From: Zymomonas mobilis subsp. mobilis ATCC 10988
GTDB lineage: Bacteria > Pseudomonadota > Alphaproteobacteria > Sphingomonadales > Sphingomonadaceae
Reading direction: 5' to 3'
NCBI RefSeq assembly: GCF_000175255.2
Contig: NC_017180.1
Coordinates: 1-32,000, forward strand
DNA: 32,000 bases
Shown: one piece after another, positions 9,895 through 17,920 of the stretch
How the letters are laid out: every line of letters begins with the position of its first letter
Numbering within the stretch: the first letter of the stretch is position 1
Notes under the pieces: generated by a model
The model's database searches: none
What the model was told of the DNA's origin: nothing
The model's input: only the letters and a program-made list of their open reading frames with translations
Made by a program: the position numbers and the translations under genes

Positions 9895-10240
9895 GTGAAT
9901 GAGTTATTTTTGCCGTCTGAGCGCCTGATAGAGCCAATATCCGCGTTTTTCCTATGAGCTGTGGGTTCTAAACGGGATTGTCTACGTGATCCTTAACGGC
10001 TTCAGTAGAAAGATGCCTCGAAAGTCTATGAGACCGATACCAAGAGCAGCTTGGGTATTCGACAGAATTTTCGCCGCGCAGGTTGGCTGGTAAAAGCAGC
10101 TGATGATTGACGCCACTTCTTCCTGCTTAGAAAAGGGATTTTCTTCATTATATCGGACGGGCAAATAGTAGACAAACTCGACATTCCACGCCGCATGTGA
10201 GGCCCAAGGTCGTCCGATTTGTCTCCTTGACAACAAGAAT
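9895..10240 (+). pseudogene. Decayed, internally deleted IS5-family (IS427-group-like) transposase remnant
   Basis: Broken frames read 'ELFLPSERLIEPISAFFP', 'VLNGIVYVILNG', 'KSSLGIRQNFRRAGW' and 'MIDATSS'. These parallel the N-terminal and middle parts of the transposase at 25860-26613 and of IS427-type transposases. The remnant ends in 'ttgacaacaa', as does the right end of the other copy. Confidence 0.5.
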
Positions 10241-10322
10241 TATAGGTTTTCATCGAAAACCTTCGAGCGTGTCGCCAATTATAATTTTGTCACCATTTAA
10301 TTTCATCTGTATATTTCTGAAA

Positions 10323-10348
10323 CTTATGATATACATGTATATCATAAG
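10323..10348. promoter_or_regulatory. 26-bp perfect palindrome, probable operator of the relBE-type operon
   Basis: 'cttatgatatacatgtatatcataag' is a perfect inverted repeat. It ends 10 nt before the antitoxin ATG and overlaps the 'aaggag' RBS. Confidence 0.6.
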
Positions 10349-10358
10349 GAGTGTTGAA

Positions 10359-10583
10359 ATGTTGGCAATTCGTTTACCAGAAGAAATTGAAGATCGTCTC
10401 AGCCAGCTAGCGAAGGCGACCGGCCGGACCAAAACCTTTTATGCCAGAGAAGCTATACTTCAACATTTGGAAGAGCTGGAAGATACTTATCTTGCAGAGG
10501 CGCGTGCCATCAAAATTCGTTCAGGGAAGACTAAAACTGTTTCTTTAGAAAATGTCATGGCTGAATATGGCTTGGAAAATTGA
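10359..10583 (+). CDS. Ribbon-helix-helix antitoxin (RelB/StbD/ParD-type)
   Basis: Preferred start at 10359, after the 'aaggag' RBS. The product '[42 protein letters not shown]...' has an RHH pattern. It overlaps the downstream RelE-family toxin gene. The longer ORF from 10197 is unlikely. Confidence 0.8.
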   Translation: MLAIRLPEEIEDRLSQLAKATGRTKTFYAREAILQHLEELEDTYLAEARAIKIRSGKTKTVSLENVMAEYGLEN

Positions 10584-10851
10584 GTTCGATCCAGCCGCTC
10601 AAAAAGAGTTAAAAAAATTAGGAACGCAGCCAGCTAAGCGCATCTTAAAATTTTTATCCGAACGTTTGGCTTCAACCGATAATCCAAGATCATTAGGTGC
10701 TGCTTTAAAGGGGAGCGCTCTAGGCAGCTTATGGAAATATAGGATTGGTGATTATCGCGTCATTGTCGATATTGAAGATAAGATGCTGCGTATTTTGGTT
10801 GTCAGAATTGGCAACAGAAGAGAAATCTATAAAAAAGTTGTGCGGCACTGA
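10567..10851 (+). CDS. RelE/StbE (RelE/ParE superfamily) toxin
   Basis: '[18 protein letters not shown]...[34 protein letters not shown]' is a typical RelE/StbE pattern. An alternative start lies at 10552. Confidence 0.85.
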   Translation: MAWKIEFDPAAQKELKKLGTQPAKRILKFLSERLASTDNPRSLGAALKGSALGSLWKYRIGDYRVIVDIEDKMLRILVVRIGNRREIYKKVVRH

Positions 10852-10908
10852 TTGATATAACATACAGATAAATAAACGTTTTTTATATTAATCTATAATG
10901 ATAGCTTA

Positions 10909-10936
10909 ATATCTATATATCATTATATATAGATAT
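10909..10936. promoter_or_regulatory. Inverted repeat upstream of parA (putative partition operator)
   Basis: 'atatctatatat-catt-atatatagatat' has 12-bp perfect arms and lies ~15 nt upstream of the parA start. Confidence 0.5.
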
Positions 10937-10953
10937 CATACAAAGGTGTGCAG

Positions 10954-11586
10954 ATGATTTATGGTGTCGTCAATACAAAGGGTGGCGTTGGCAAAACGAC
11001 GATAGCTGTCCATCTTGCGGCCTATCTTAGTACCAAAGGAAAAACCCTGCTTATTGATGGAGATCCTCAAGCCAGTTCAGCTAGTTGGGCTGCATGGCGG
11101 CGAGATAGTGACCAGAAATATCCATTCAATCCAACAACAACCTGTCTTACTGGCAAAGCGATTTATAGCGAAGGTCGCGACTTATCTTCTGGTTTTATGA
11201 ATACCGTTATCGATGCCGGAGGGCGTGATACATCCGGATTAAGATCGACATTGCTGTTATGTCAGAAAGCTATCGTTCCGGTTGGTGCCTCTAATATGGA
11301 CGCGGCAGCCTTATCTGATCTGTTAGAGGTAATAGATATCGCTCGGGATTATAATTCCGACTTAACGATACATATCTTACTTTCTCGGATTGACCCTAGA
11401 ACCAAAGATTCTGCTGAAATGCTGGCCTTTCTAAAAGATCAAAATTTGACCGTGCTATCCAGTCAAATTTGTGAACGTGTGGCTTTCCGGCGTGCAATTG
11501 GTGAAGGCGCTACTGTGGCAGAAATAAAAAAAGATACTGCGGCTATCACTGAAATAACCCATTTTTTTGAAGAGATCACAGCATGA
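10954..11586 (+). CDS. parA: ParA-family partition ATPase (small, type Ib-like)
   Basis: Deviant Walker A '[10 protein letters not shown]'. About 210 aa. The stop overlaps the downstream small RHH gene. An alternative GTG start lies at 10948. Confidence 0.9.
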   Translation: MIYGVVNTKGGVGKTTIAVHLAAYLSTKGKTLLIDGDPQASSASWAAWRRDSDQKYPFNPTTTCLTGKAIYSEGRDLSSGFMNTVIDAGGRDTSGLRSTLLLCQKAIVPVGASNMDAAALSDLLEVIDIARDYNSDLTIHILLSRIDPRTKDSAEMLAFLKDQNLTVLSSQICERVAFRRAIGEGATVAEIKKDTAAITEITHFFEEITA

Positions 11587-11858
11587 ATAGAATGAAACGT
11601 AAACCCGATGTCAGCAAGTTTCACTTATCTAAAGACCCAGATGATTTTCTAAATGGAGCCATCGCGGATAAGGCTGAAAAGAAACAATCGAAAGTCGAAG
11701 TCAAGAAAACTGAAACGCAGCAGAAAATTTTTCGATTGCCCGTCGATGTTATTAATGCATTGAAATTACATGTTGCTCATCAACAGGTCGAAACAGGGCA
11801 GAAAATAAGTGAAACGAAAATTGTTGAAAAGCTATTAAGAGAATATTTAAAATTATAG
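11583..11858 (+). CDS. Small ParG-like (RHH) centromere-binding protein candidate
   Basis: 91 aa. A basic, disordered N-terminus is followed by a C-terminal beta-helix-helix pattern '[21 protein letters not shown]...[10 protein letters not shown]'. Translationally coupled to parA (ATGA). Confidence 0.65.
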   Translation: MNRMKRKPDVSKFHLSKDPDDFLNGAIADKAEKKQSKVEVKKTETQQKIFRLPVDVINALKLHVAHQQVETGQKISETKIVEKLLREYLKL

Positions 11859-11932
11859 CATTATAGCATTATAGCATTATAGCATTATAGCATTATAGCA
11901 TTATAGCATTATAGCATTATAGCATTATAGCA
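11853..11932. repeat. 10 perfect tandem copies of the 8-bp unit TTATAGCA, candidate partition site
   Basis: Copies counted directly. The array starts inside the last codons and stop of the parG-like gene and has no spacers. Confidence 0.9.
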
Positions 11933-12598
11933 TTTACTAGAGGTGCGGCTAGAATTTTACACAACAGGTATTTTAACACTTTAAAAATTTGGCTCCTCAA
12001 TAATGATATAGCTTAATGCATGGCGCATCATTTTTCTGAAATCCAAAATCCTATCAATTTAACAGAAAACTAAGTAGAGATGTCGCATATAAACAGCGCG
12101 AAAATGACATTCGATATCATCAATTTAATAAGAAATCAGATCTATATATATGGGTTAAAATGATAGTCATAGTTGCGACTTAAAAATGATATCATGTTAT
12201 AATGATATTTTGATAACATTATAGATTTATATATAAGTTGTATGACTAACACTGCTATCATATTGGTCAAAAATAACAGAATATAAGCCTTAATTAGATG
12301 ATCGGCAGCTTAACGATTTGATGATCATTATTCCTAATATGATATCTATCGATCCCCCCCCATTTTGCTAAAAAATAGACAATTTGCTTAAATGCGCTGC
12401 CTTGAGATGAAATGAGATGAGGGTTCCAGCTTGTTTTTAGCTATATGCCGCTTTATAAGGCTAAATACGGAGGATTTAGGGTATGTTTGAGCTGTATCGA
12501 TTTGAGCAAAAATAGGGGGGCAAATTTACCGGGGGCTTTGGTTGGCATCGAACGCAAGGGGTCTAAAAAAACATTTCTGAAATAATGTTATAGAACTT

Positions 12599-12681
12599 AA
12601 AAAGAGTAAGTTGTTTACTCCCTTTTCTAACGGATACCTCTTTTAAGATTACGCTGCCACTGCCCGCCGGACGGCATCTGG
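12599..12681. repeat. Copy A of an ~80-bp direct repeat (antitoxin 3' end plus terminator-like tail)
   Basis: Aligns by eye with 15106-15183. Shared blocks: 'aaaaaga(a)gtaagttgt', 'cttttctaacg', 'tcttttaag' and 'gccactgc.cgcc'. Confidence 0.7.
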
Positions 12682-12860
12682 TTCTTTCCATAAAATCTTC
12701 AATAGCATCCTGATGGCAGGATCGAGAGCCACGCGTCCCTGTTCCCAATCCTGCCAAGTAGCGAGCGGTATGCCCATCAGATCAGCGGGACCTTTTCTAG
12801 ATTATACTCAAAGCGTGTTGGACAGTCTTAGTCGCCGGATATACATTGGAAAATGTTTCC
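12649..12860 (-). pseudogene. Remnant of an XRE/HTH-type antitoxin gene
   Basis: The minus-strand frame reads 'MGIPLATWQDWEQGRVALDPAIRMLLKILWKEPDAVRRAVAA*' (12649-12777). This parallels the C-terminus of the intact antitoxin at 20608-20889 ('LRDWEQTRS...PEMVAEAVAA'). The upstream part ('IRRLRLSNTL') is in a different frame. Confidence 0.5.
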
Positions 12861-13114
12861 TTATCTGTGCCGTCTACATCTACCCGATGGAGAATATCTT
12901 ACATCAATCGTATTCGATAGCCATTCTCGATCTACATGGTCGCCCAAATAATGGATATTTGGCTATTCACTAACTATTTTATTTTTAACTTATAAGAGAC
13001 TACAATATTATTTTAATTAAACATAGTTACCAGATAATAGATGATAAAATACATCATTCAAATTATGGTACGATATATTATAATATTGAGTGATATAAAT
13101 AGGAAATATTATTT

Positions 13115-14713
13115 ATGCATCTACTAAGCGCTCATATTACTAATTTTCGCCGCTTTGCTGATTTAACTATCAAAGAAATACCTAAAACAGCAAAACTAGT
13201 AGTGTTGGCTGGACCGAATGGATCTGGTAAATCATCATTTTTTGATGCCCTTCTTCTTCGATATCGTCTTGACAGTCATTTCGGTTGGAATGGCGATCAA
13301 AAATATTATAATCGACAACACAGTGAGACAGCTACTTGGGATAAGAGAATTACTGTTGAAACAGACTGTGGTAATACTTTGAATCGAGGTAACGTTTATG
13401 TTCGTACAGCCTATCGAAACGATCCAGATTTTCAAACAACGGGTCTAACACGCCAAGAGAATATCCTCGACAACCCTCCTCTTCATCGTATGATTGAAGC
13501 TGATGCTACTGTCAGTGTGAACTATCAGCGCTTGGCATCACAAGCAATGGAAGATGTTTTTCAAAAAGAATCTCCTACCACAACTATAGGACAATTTCGT
13601 GAAAACTTAATAGGTAAGATCGGAGTATCATTGAATCGATTGTTCTTAGATCTGAATCTAATTAGTGTAGGTAATCCAGTAGATCATGGTACCTTTGAAT
13701 TTAGCAAGGGGATGTCAAAGAAATTTGAATACAAAAACCTATCTGCTGGTGAAAAGGCTGCTTTTGATCTTATTCTTGACCTTGTCGTTAAGCGAGATAG
13801 CTATAATAACGCAATATACTGTATCGATGAGCCTGAAACACATATGAATACACGGCTGCAGGCTGCTCTTCTCAAAGAACTTGTTGAATTAATTCCAGAT
13901 AACTCCCAGCTCTGGATCGCATCACACTCAATAGGAATGATGCGAAAAGCACGTGAAATGTATGATGCTGATCCTTCATCTGTAGCGTTTATCGACTTCA
14001 GTGGAGTTGATTTAGACGAACCTGTCGTGCTGACACCAACAAAGCCAACACGCGCATTCTGGAGGAATGTTATGCATGTTGCGCTTGATGACCTAGCCGA
14101 ACTAATCGCACCTAAGCAGGTCATCATTTGCGAAGGTAATCCATCTGGAAATGTGCCGCGAAAAAATTCAAATCATGATGCTGAAATTTATGGAGCAATT
14201 TTTGCTGAAGAATTTCCTGATGCTACTTTTATTTCAGCCGGTAATTCGAAAGAGGTGCAGAATGATTTTATAGGTTTGGCCGCTGTATTACCGAAACTGG
14301 CTACGGGTATAGAAATTATCCGTCTTATAGATCGTGATGATTATACAATTGAAGATATTAACGATTTTAAAAATAAAGGTATCCAAGTATTAAGCCAACG
14401 CCATATTGAATCCTACCTTTATGATGACGAAGTGCTGATTGCTTTGTGTAACTCCGTTGAAAAACCTGAAAAGAGTGCTGATCTCATAGATGAAAAGAGA
14501 AAAATTATCGACGAGATAGTAAAAAATGGAGCTCTAAGTGATGATATAAAAAAAGCTGCCGGAAAATTATCTGTCAAGGCCAAGAAAATATTGGAGCTAA
14601 GACAAGCTGGGAATGACACCCCTGGCTTCGAGCGTAATACACTTTCAAAAATCATTAAACCAAATATGGGCATCTATAAAAAATTAAGATTTGATATATT
14701 TGGCTTGAGATGA
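13115..14713 (+). CDS. ABC-type ATPase fused to a Toprim/DUF4435-like domain (OLD-family or merged-PARIS-like defence candidate)
   Basis: Walker A 'GPNGSGKS', ABC signature 'LSAGEK', Walker B 'IYCIDEPETHM' and H-loop 'WIASHS'. A C-terminal region follows with 'VIICEGNPSG' (Toprim Glu) and 'IRLIDRDD' (DxD). No partner helicase or nuclease gene is adjacent. Confidence 0.7.
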   Translation: MHLLSAHITNFRRFADLTIKEIPKTAKLVVLAGPNGSGKSSFFDALLLRYRLDSHFGWNGDQKYYNRQHSETATWDKRITVETDCGNTLNRGNVYVRTAYRNDPDFQTTGLTRQENILDNPPLHRMIEADATVSVNYQRLASQAMEDVFQKESPTTTIGQFRENLIGKIGVSLNRLFLDLNLISVGNPVDHGTFEFSKGMSKKFEYKNLSAGEKAAFDLILDLVVKRDSYNNAIYCIDEPETHMNTRLQAALLKELVELIPDNSQLWIASHSIGMMRKAREMYDADPSSVAFIDFSGVDLDEPVVLTPTKPTRAFWRNVMHVALDDLAELIAPKQVIICEGNPSGNVPRKNSNHDAEIYGAIFAEEFPDATFISAGNSKEVQNDFIGLAAVLPKLATGIEIIRLIDRDDYTIEDINDFKNKGIQVLSQRHIESYLYDDEVLIALCNSVEKPEKSADLIDEKRKIIDEIVKNGALSDDIKKAAGKLSVKAKKILELRQAGNDTPGFERNTLSKIIKPNMGIYKKLRFDIFGLR

Positions 14714-15105
14714 CCTGTTAGCACTTGAATTTTAATTTATATTGTAGAGATAGACAGAAGAGACACGAATTTCCTTTTACCGATGAAACCTAGTCAGTCT
14801 GGGTACACCCAGTTGGGAAAAACAGCTTTTGACAAGCGTGGATTCGACACCTTTAGGGATACTGATGTTGCCCCTTTACCTAGTGAAAAGCAGATCATAG
14901 GTAGTCAAATATACGTCTACGTCGCAGGCCGCTTAAAATATCCCAGCGGGAATTCTCGCGGATGTTCCATTTATCTTTTTTAACGTTGGTTGATTAGGAG
15001 TAAGGCCGGAAAAAGTTAAATGCAGCTTTTTTGAATTACTTAGCTTTAATCAAGATTCTATACGTCAAATAATAGAATGGCTCATGAATAATGCAGCTTA
15101 AAATA

Positions 15106-15183
15106 AAAAAGAAGTAAGTTGTCATACCCTCTTTTCTAACGAGTAGTCTTTTAAGCCGCCACTGCTCGCCAGGCAGTGGCTGG
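15106..15183. repeat. Copy B of the ~80-bp direct repeat
   Basis: See copy A. The minus-strand frame again ends '...AWRAVAA*' (stop at 15151-15153). Confidence 0.7.
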
Positions 15184-15454
15184 ACCAAAAACTGTATCTT
15201 CATCAGTGGTCGTAGTCAGTCGTTTACGGTCAACACGGCCACTATAAATACCTAAATCTTTAAACAAGGTGCCAGTATCTTTAAACACTTTTACTTTTCC
15301 TGATTACAATTCAATAATATATTTTTTGCTATTAGTGTTTTTTCTGGAAGAGATTAACGTTGCTCATTGGTGATTTTATCCATAAGCAAGCGGATATCCT
15401 TCGAAAGACTAAAGTCCCTTTGTCCTAACGCTTATCAACTGGCCTATACCTTAA

Positions 15455-15721
15455 TCAAAACAACTCTGAATGAGATCCTAGCCGCACCAAATGAAGGGTG
15501 TATTCGTCAGGCTTCCGGTAAATTAAAAGCAAATTAGGCTTAATGTGACATTCCCGATGGTCATTCCAGTTTCCCGTCAACGAATGATCCTTCAAACGAG
15601 GAGCTAGCATAACGTCACTGGCTAGATGGGTAACGACAGGAATAAAATATTTATCTAACTGCGGATCTGACTTTCGTTCTCTTTTGTAATCGCGTTTAAA
15701 TTGAGATGTTCGCTCAATCAT
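15455..15721 (-). CDS. yafQ: YafQ-family (RelE superfamily) mRNA interferase toxin
   Basis: 'MIERTSQFKRDYKR...LTGNWNDHRECHIKPNLLLIYRKPDEYTLHLVRLGSHSELF' is a YafQ pattern. The start at 15721 overlaps the dinJ stop. The longest ORF starts at 15736. Confidence 0.85.
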   Translation of the reverse strand: MIERTSQFKRDYKRERKSDPQLDKYFIPVVTHLASDVMLAPRLKDHSLTGNWNDHRECHIKPNLLLIYRKPDEYTLHLVRLGSHSELF

Positions 15722-15977
15722 CCGCATGAAGGTCATCCATCAGAGATTGAACACTGTCGAACTTTTTCATTTTACCGGCACGCGCGTCTTTCATGGCAGC
15801 CAATGTCTTTTTGTTTGGAGTCAAAGGGTCAAAAGGCAGAGCTTTTTCTTGAACGACTTTTGTCAGCATCATGCGGACAGCATCAGATACCGTCAGACCA
15901 ATGCTTTCTAATATAACAGCAGCCTCCTGTTTTATCTGTCCGTTAATGCGAGCCTGTACGAGCTGATTAGCTGCCAT
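15714..15977 (-). CDS. dinJ: DinJ/RelB-family antitoxin
   Basis: 87 aa. 'VQARINGQIKQEAAVILESIGLTVSDAVRMMLTKVVQEKALPF' is a typical DinJ N-terminal RHH. Lies immediately upstream of the yafQ-like gene. Confidence 0.85.
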   Translation of the reverse strand: MAANQLVQARINGQIKQEAAVILESIGLTVSDAVRMMLTKVVQEKALPFDPLTPNKKTLAAMKDARAGKMKKFDSVQSLMDDLHADD

Positions 15978-15993
15978 TACTTCCTCCTATATG

Positions 15994-16020
15994 AATGACA
16001 ATGTAATACATGTTATCATT
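15994..16020. promoter_or_regulatory. Imperfect palindrome upstream of dinJ (possible operator)
   Basis: 'aatgacaatgta-a-tacatgttatcatt' lies 17 nt upstream of the dinJ start codon on the minus strand. Confidence 0.35.
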
Positions 16021-16152
16021 TATATAGCTTTTTAGAAAGCATCATTCCTCTTTTAAAGCTGCATGTGCCGCAGTGAATAAAAACTTCCCCCTGTTGGAAA
16101 ATAGCCAATATAGAATTGGGAATTGGCTATTCAGGGGGCCTGAATTTATGAT

Positions 16153-16605
16153 TTAACTGAGGAACATCCCTACTTCTTTTATGCCTTTAGGGAGATTCTT
16201 CGCCAAGCTGGATGCAATACGGTATTTAGAATCCCATGGGATATGGTCTTCCATGGGTGCTAAAAGCCCAATAAGTATTTTCTTAAGAGAAGATTCATCA
16301 GGTAAAAAAGTCTTACCGTTACAATCGAATGTCTGCGGTTTTTGGTAAACCTTACCAAGCAATTTCGGAGGGTTCTCTTCGAAAGCCTGTTCAACAAATT
16401 GTAGCCAAGATGGGACACTTTTCATGTGTCCCAGTTCCAAATAGGAAATCGACTGCTGTTTTAAGTCAATCTGAACATTGTTAGCTTTGGCAACCTGAGT
16501 AGCCTTTTCCGCCAGCACTCGCGTACTCCAGTCTCTCAACAGGCGTTCTTGGCGAACCCAGTTCCGGATGTAATCGATTTGGTCTGACTTTTTCATAACA
16601 TGCAT
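16153..16605 (-). CDS. Hypothetical protein with an XRE-like HTH N-terminus (possible regulator)
   Basis: 150-aa ORF. 'WSTRVLAEKATQVAKANNVQIDLKQQSISYLELG' resembles an HTH_XRE segment. Divergent from the Ogr-like operon across an AT-rich intergenic region. An alternative start lies at 16596. Confidence 0.5.
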   Translation of the reverse strand: MHVMKKSDQIDYIRNWVRQERLLRDWSTRVLAEKATQVAKANNVQIDLKQQSISYLELGHMKSVPSWLQFVEQAFEENPPKLLGKVYQKPQTFDCNGKTFLPDESSLKKILIGLLAPMEDHIPWDSKYRIASSLAKNLPKGIKEVGMFLS

Positions 16606-16852
16606 GTTTTACAACCGCTTCAAAAGCGTTTGTTAATCAATGTATGTGTGACTGAATTGTTAATTTTTTATTTTTTTACAAAATTCAATAATTAAATTGA
16701 AAAATACAAAATAATTACATATGAACAACAAATATAAGGTTACGACTCTAATTACGACTCTGTCAGTAGAGGCATTTTAGACAGCAATATGTATTATTTT
16801 TCAATAAAAATTTTACAAAGAATCTTTGTAGATTTTAATTGCGGGCAAGCTG

Positions 16853-17131
16853 ATGACAAATAAATCAGTTACATTGCAGGCTCATAAATTATCGGCAGAT
16901 ATTCCCTCAGGATATTGTCCTTATTGCGGCTCGCGCGTGCATGTCTTGTCTAGTCACATGCAATCGGATTTGATCCGAGACAGTTATGTTGAATGTAATA
17001 ACAAGCGGTGCGGTCACCGCTTTGTATTGCAGATTTCATTCATTCACACAGTTGAAGAGCCAAAGTTTTTTGAGATCTCGCTGAATCTTCCGAAATCTCC
17101 GAAATTAAAGGCGCGTCAAAATGACAATTAA
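16853..17131 (+). CDS. Ogr/Delta-like zinc-finger protein
   Basis: Has the CxxC...CxxxxC pattern 'CPYCGSRVHV...ECNNKRCGHRF', as in P2 Ogr-type activators. 92 aa. Overlaps the next ORF. Confidence 0.65.
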   Translation: MTNKSVTLQAHKLSADIPSGYCPYCGSRVHVLSSHMQSDLIRDSYVECNNKRCGHRFVLQISFIHTVEEPKFFEISLNLPKSPKLKARQNDN

Positions 17132-17438
17132 AACAGCCGAAAATATGCCTTCTGTGGTCGATGGCGAGATCAGCACATTCAAGCAGAAGATTAGTAACGC
17201 CATGTATCTTTATATGGGGCAGATGGAATGTGGCCTTCGCCTGTTGATGGATCGCTTGGAAGGTATTCGTCGGGCAGAAGAGACCCGCTCTTATGCTTTA
17301 CTGGAAAATGTCTCAAAAGATGAATTCATAAGATTTAATACTGAAATATTAAGTCTTATCGAGGTGATTAAGCGTTCGGCAACTACGGCCAATGAAGGCT
17401 TGAATAGCTTTATCCAAAACTTTGGTTCGTCTTTATGA
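17121..17438 (+). CDS. Hypothetical protein
   Basis: 105-aa ORF with an 11-nt overlap with the Ogr-like gene. Helical composition, no recognisable motif. Confidence 0.45.
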   Translation: MTIKTAENMPSVVDGEISTFKQKISNAMYLYMGQMECGLRLLMDRLEGIRRAEETRSYALLENVSKDEFIRFNTEILSLIEVIKRSATTANEGLNSFIQNFGSSL

Positions 17439-17562
17439 CCCATTGTTTTTTCAGCCTTTCCTATTTGGAAAAGACCTGTTCTGTTTCCGTCAGTTCTAAC
17501 CTTGGGTTTCTGGCCGATGCCTATTCGGCAACCCCTCATCTTCTCATTGGAGAGACCGTCTT

Positions 17563-17814
17563 ATGAGTTCTATTCATGCGACCGAAGAGCTGACTGAAAA
17601 GCTCCAATCCATTATCAGCCTTGAAGAAGAAAAGGCGCGTTTGGATGACCAGATTGCCGAAGCCTATCGTGATCTGAAAGGTCAAAAATACGACATCAAG
17701 AAGGCGAAGTTTGCGGTTAGCCGTTCGCGGAAAGGTCATCCTGAAAACTCTATTCGTATTCTGATCAACCAGATCGTCAATGATCGGGCGATGAGCCGGA
17801 AGCTTGTTCCGTGA
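17563..17814 (+). CDS. DUF2312 / GapR-like small DNA-binding protein
   Basis: 'LQSIISLEEEKARLDDQIAEAYRDLKGQKYDIKKAKFAVSRSRK' matches the 'IERLEEEKK..DIKEVYAEAK..GFD.KA' pattern of UPF0335/GapR proteins. Confidence 0.65.
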   Translation: MSSIHATEELTEKLQSIISLEEEKARLDDQIAEAYRDLKGQKYDIKKAKFAVSRSRKGHPENSIRILINQIVNDRAMSRKLVP

Positions 17815-17863
17815 TCAGAACCGGCATCCCCTTTCTCTATCTCTCTATCTCAAATTCAGGCCT

Positions 17864-17897
17864 GCCACAGCGGAGAATCTTCGCTGTGGCTTTTTTG
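17864..17897 (+). terminator. Rho-independent terminator
   Basis: 'gccacagcg-gagaatctt-cgctgtggc' is a 9-bp stem followed by 'ttttttg'. It lies inside the 5' extension of the longest Rep ORF, which argues for the Rep start at 17921. Confidence 0.75.
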
Positions 17898-17920
17898 CGT
17901 CCAAGACCGGAGCCCGCACA

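Noticed and set aside
9982-10253. Minus-strand ORFs 9982-10236 and 10026-10253, and the 5' extension of ORF 10197-10583
   Set aside because: They lie antisense to, or across, the IS5-family remnant and the TA promoter. The antitoxin has a far better start at 10359 with an RBS and operator.
11853-11932. The tandem 8-bp array considered as a CRISPR array
   Set aside because: The repeats are contiguous with no spacers, the unit is far too short, and there are no cas genes. A partition or iteron-type site fits better.
13115-14713. Gabija (GajA/GajB) assignment for the ATPase-Toprim gene
   Set aside because: No UvrD-like helicase gene (GajB) lies downstream. The next ~700 bp are non-coding or repeat DNA.
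14783-14983. 66-aa plus-strand ORF downstream of the ATPase-Toprim gene
   Set aside because: It has no RBS and no motif, and it lies in non-coding spacer next to repeat copy B. It is probably spurious.
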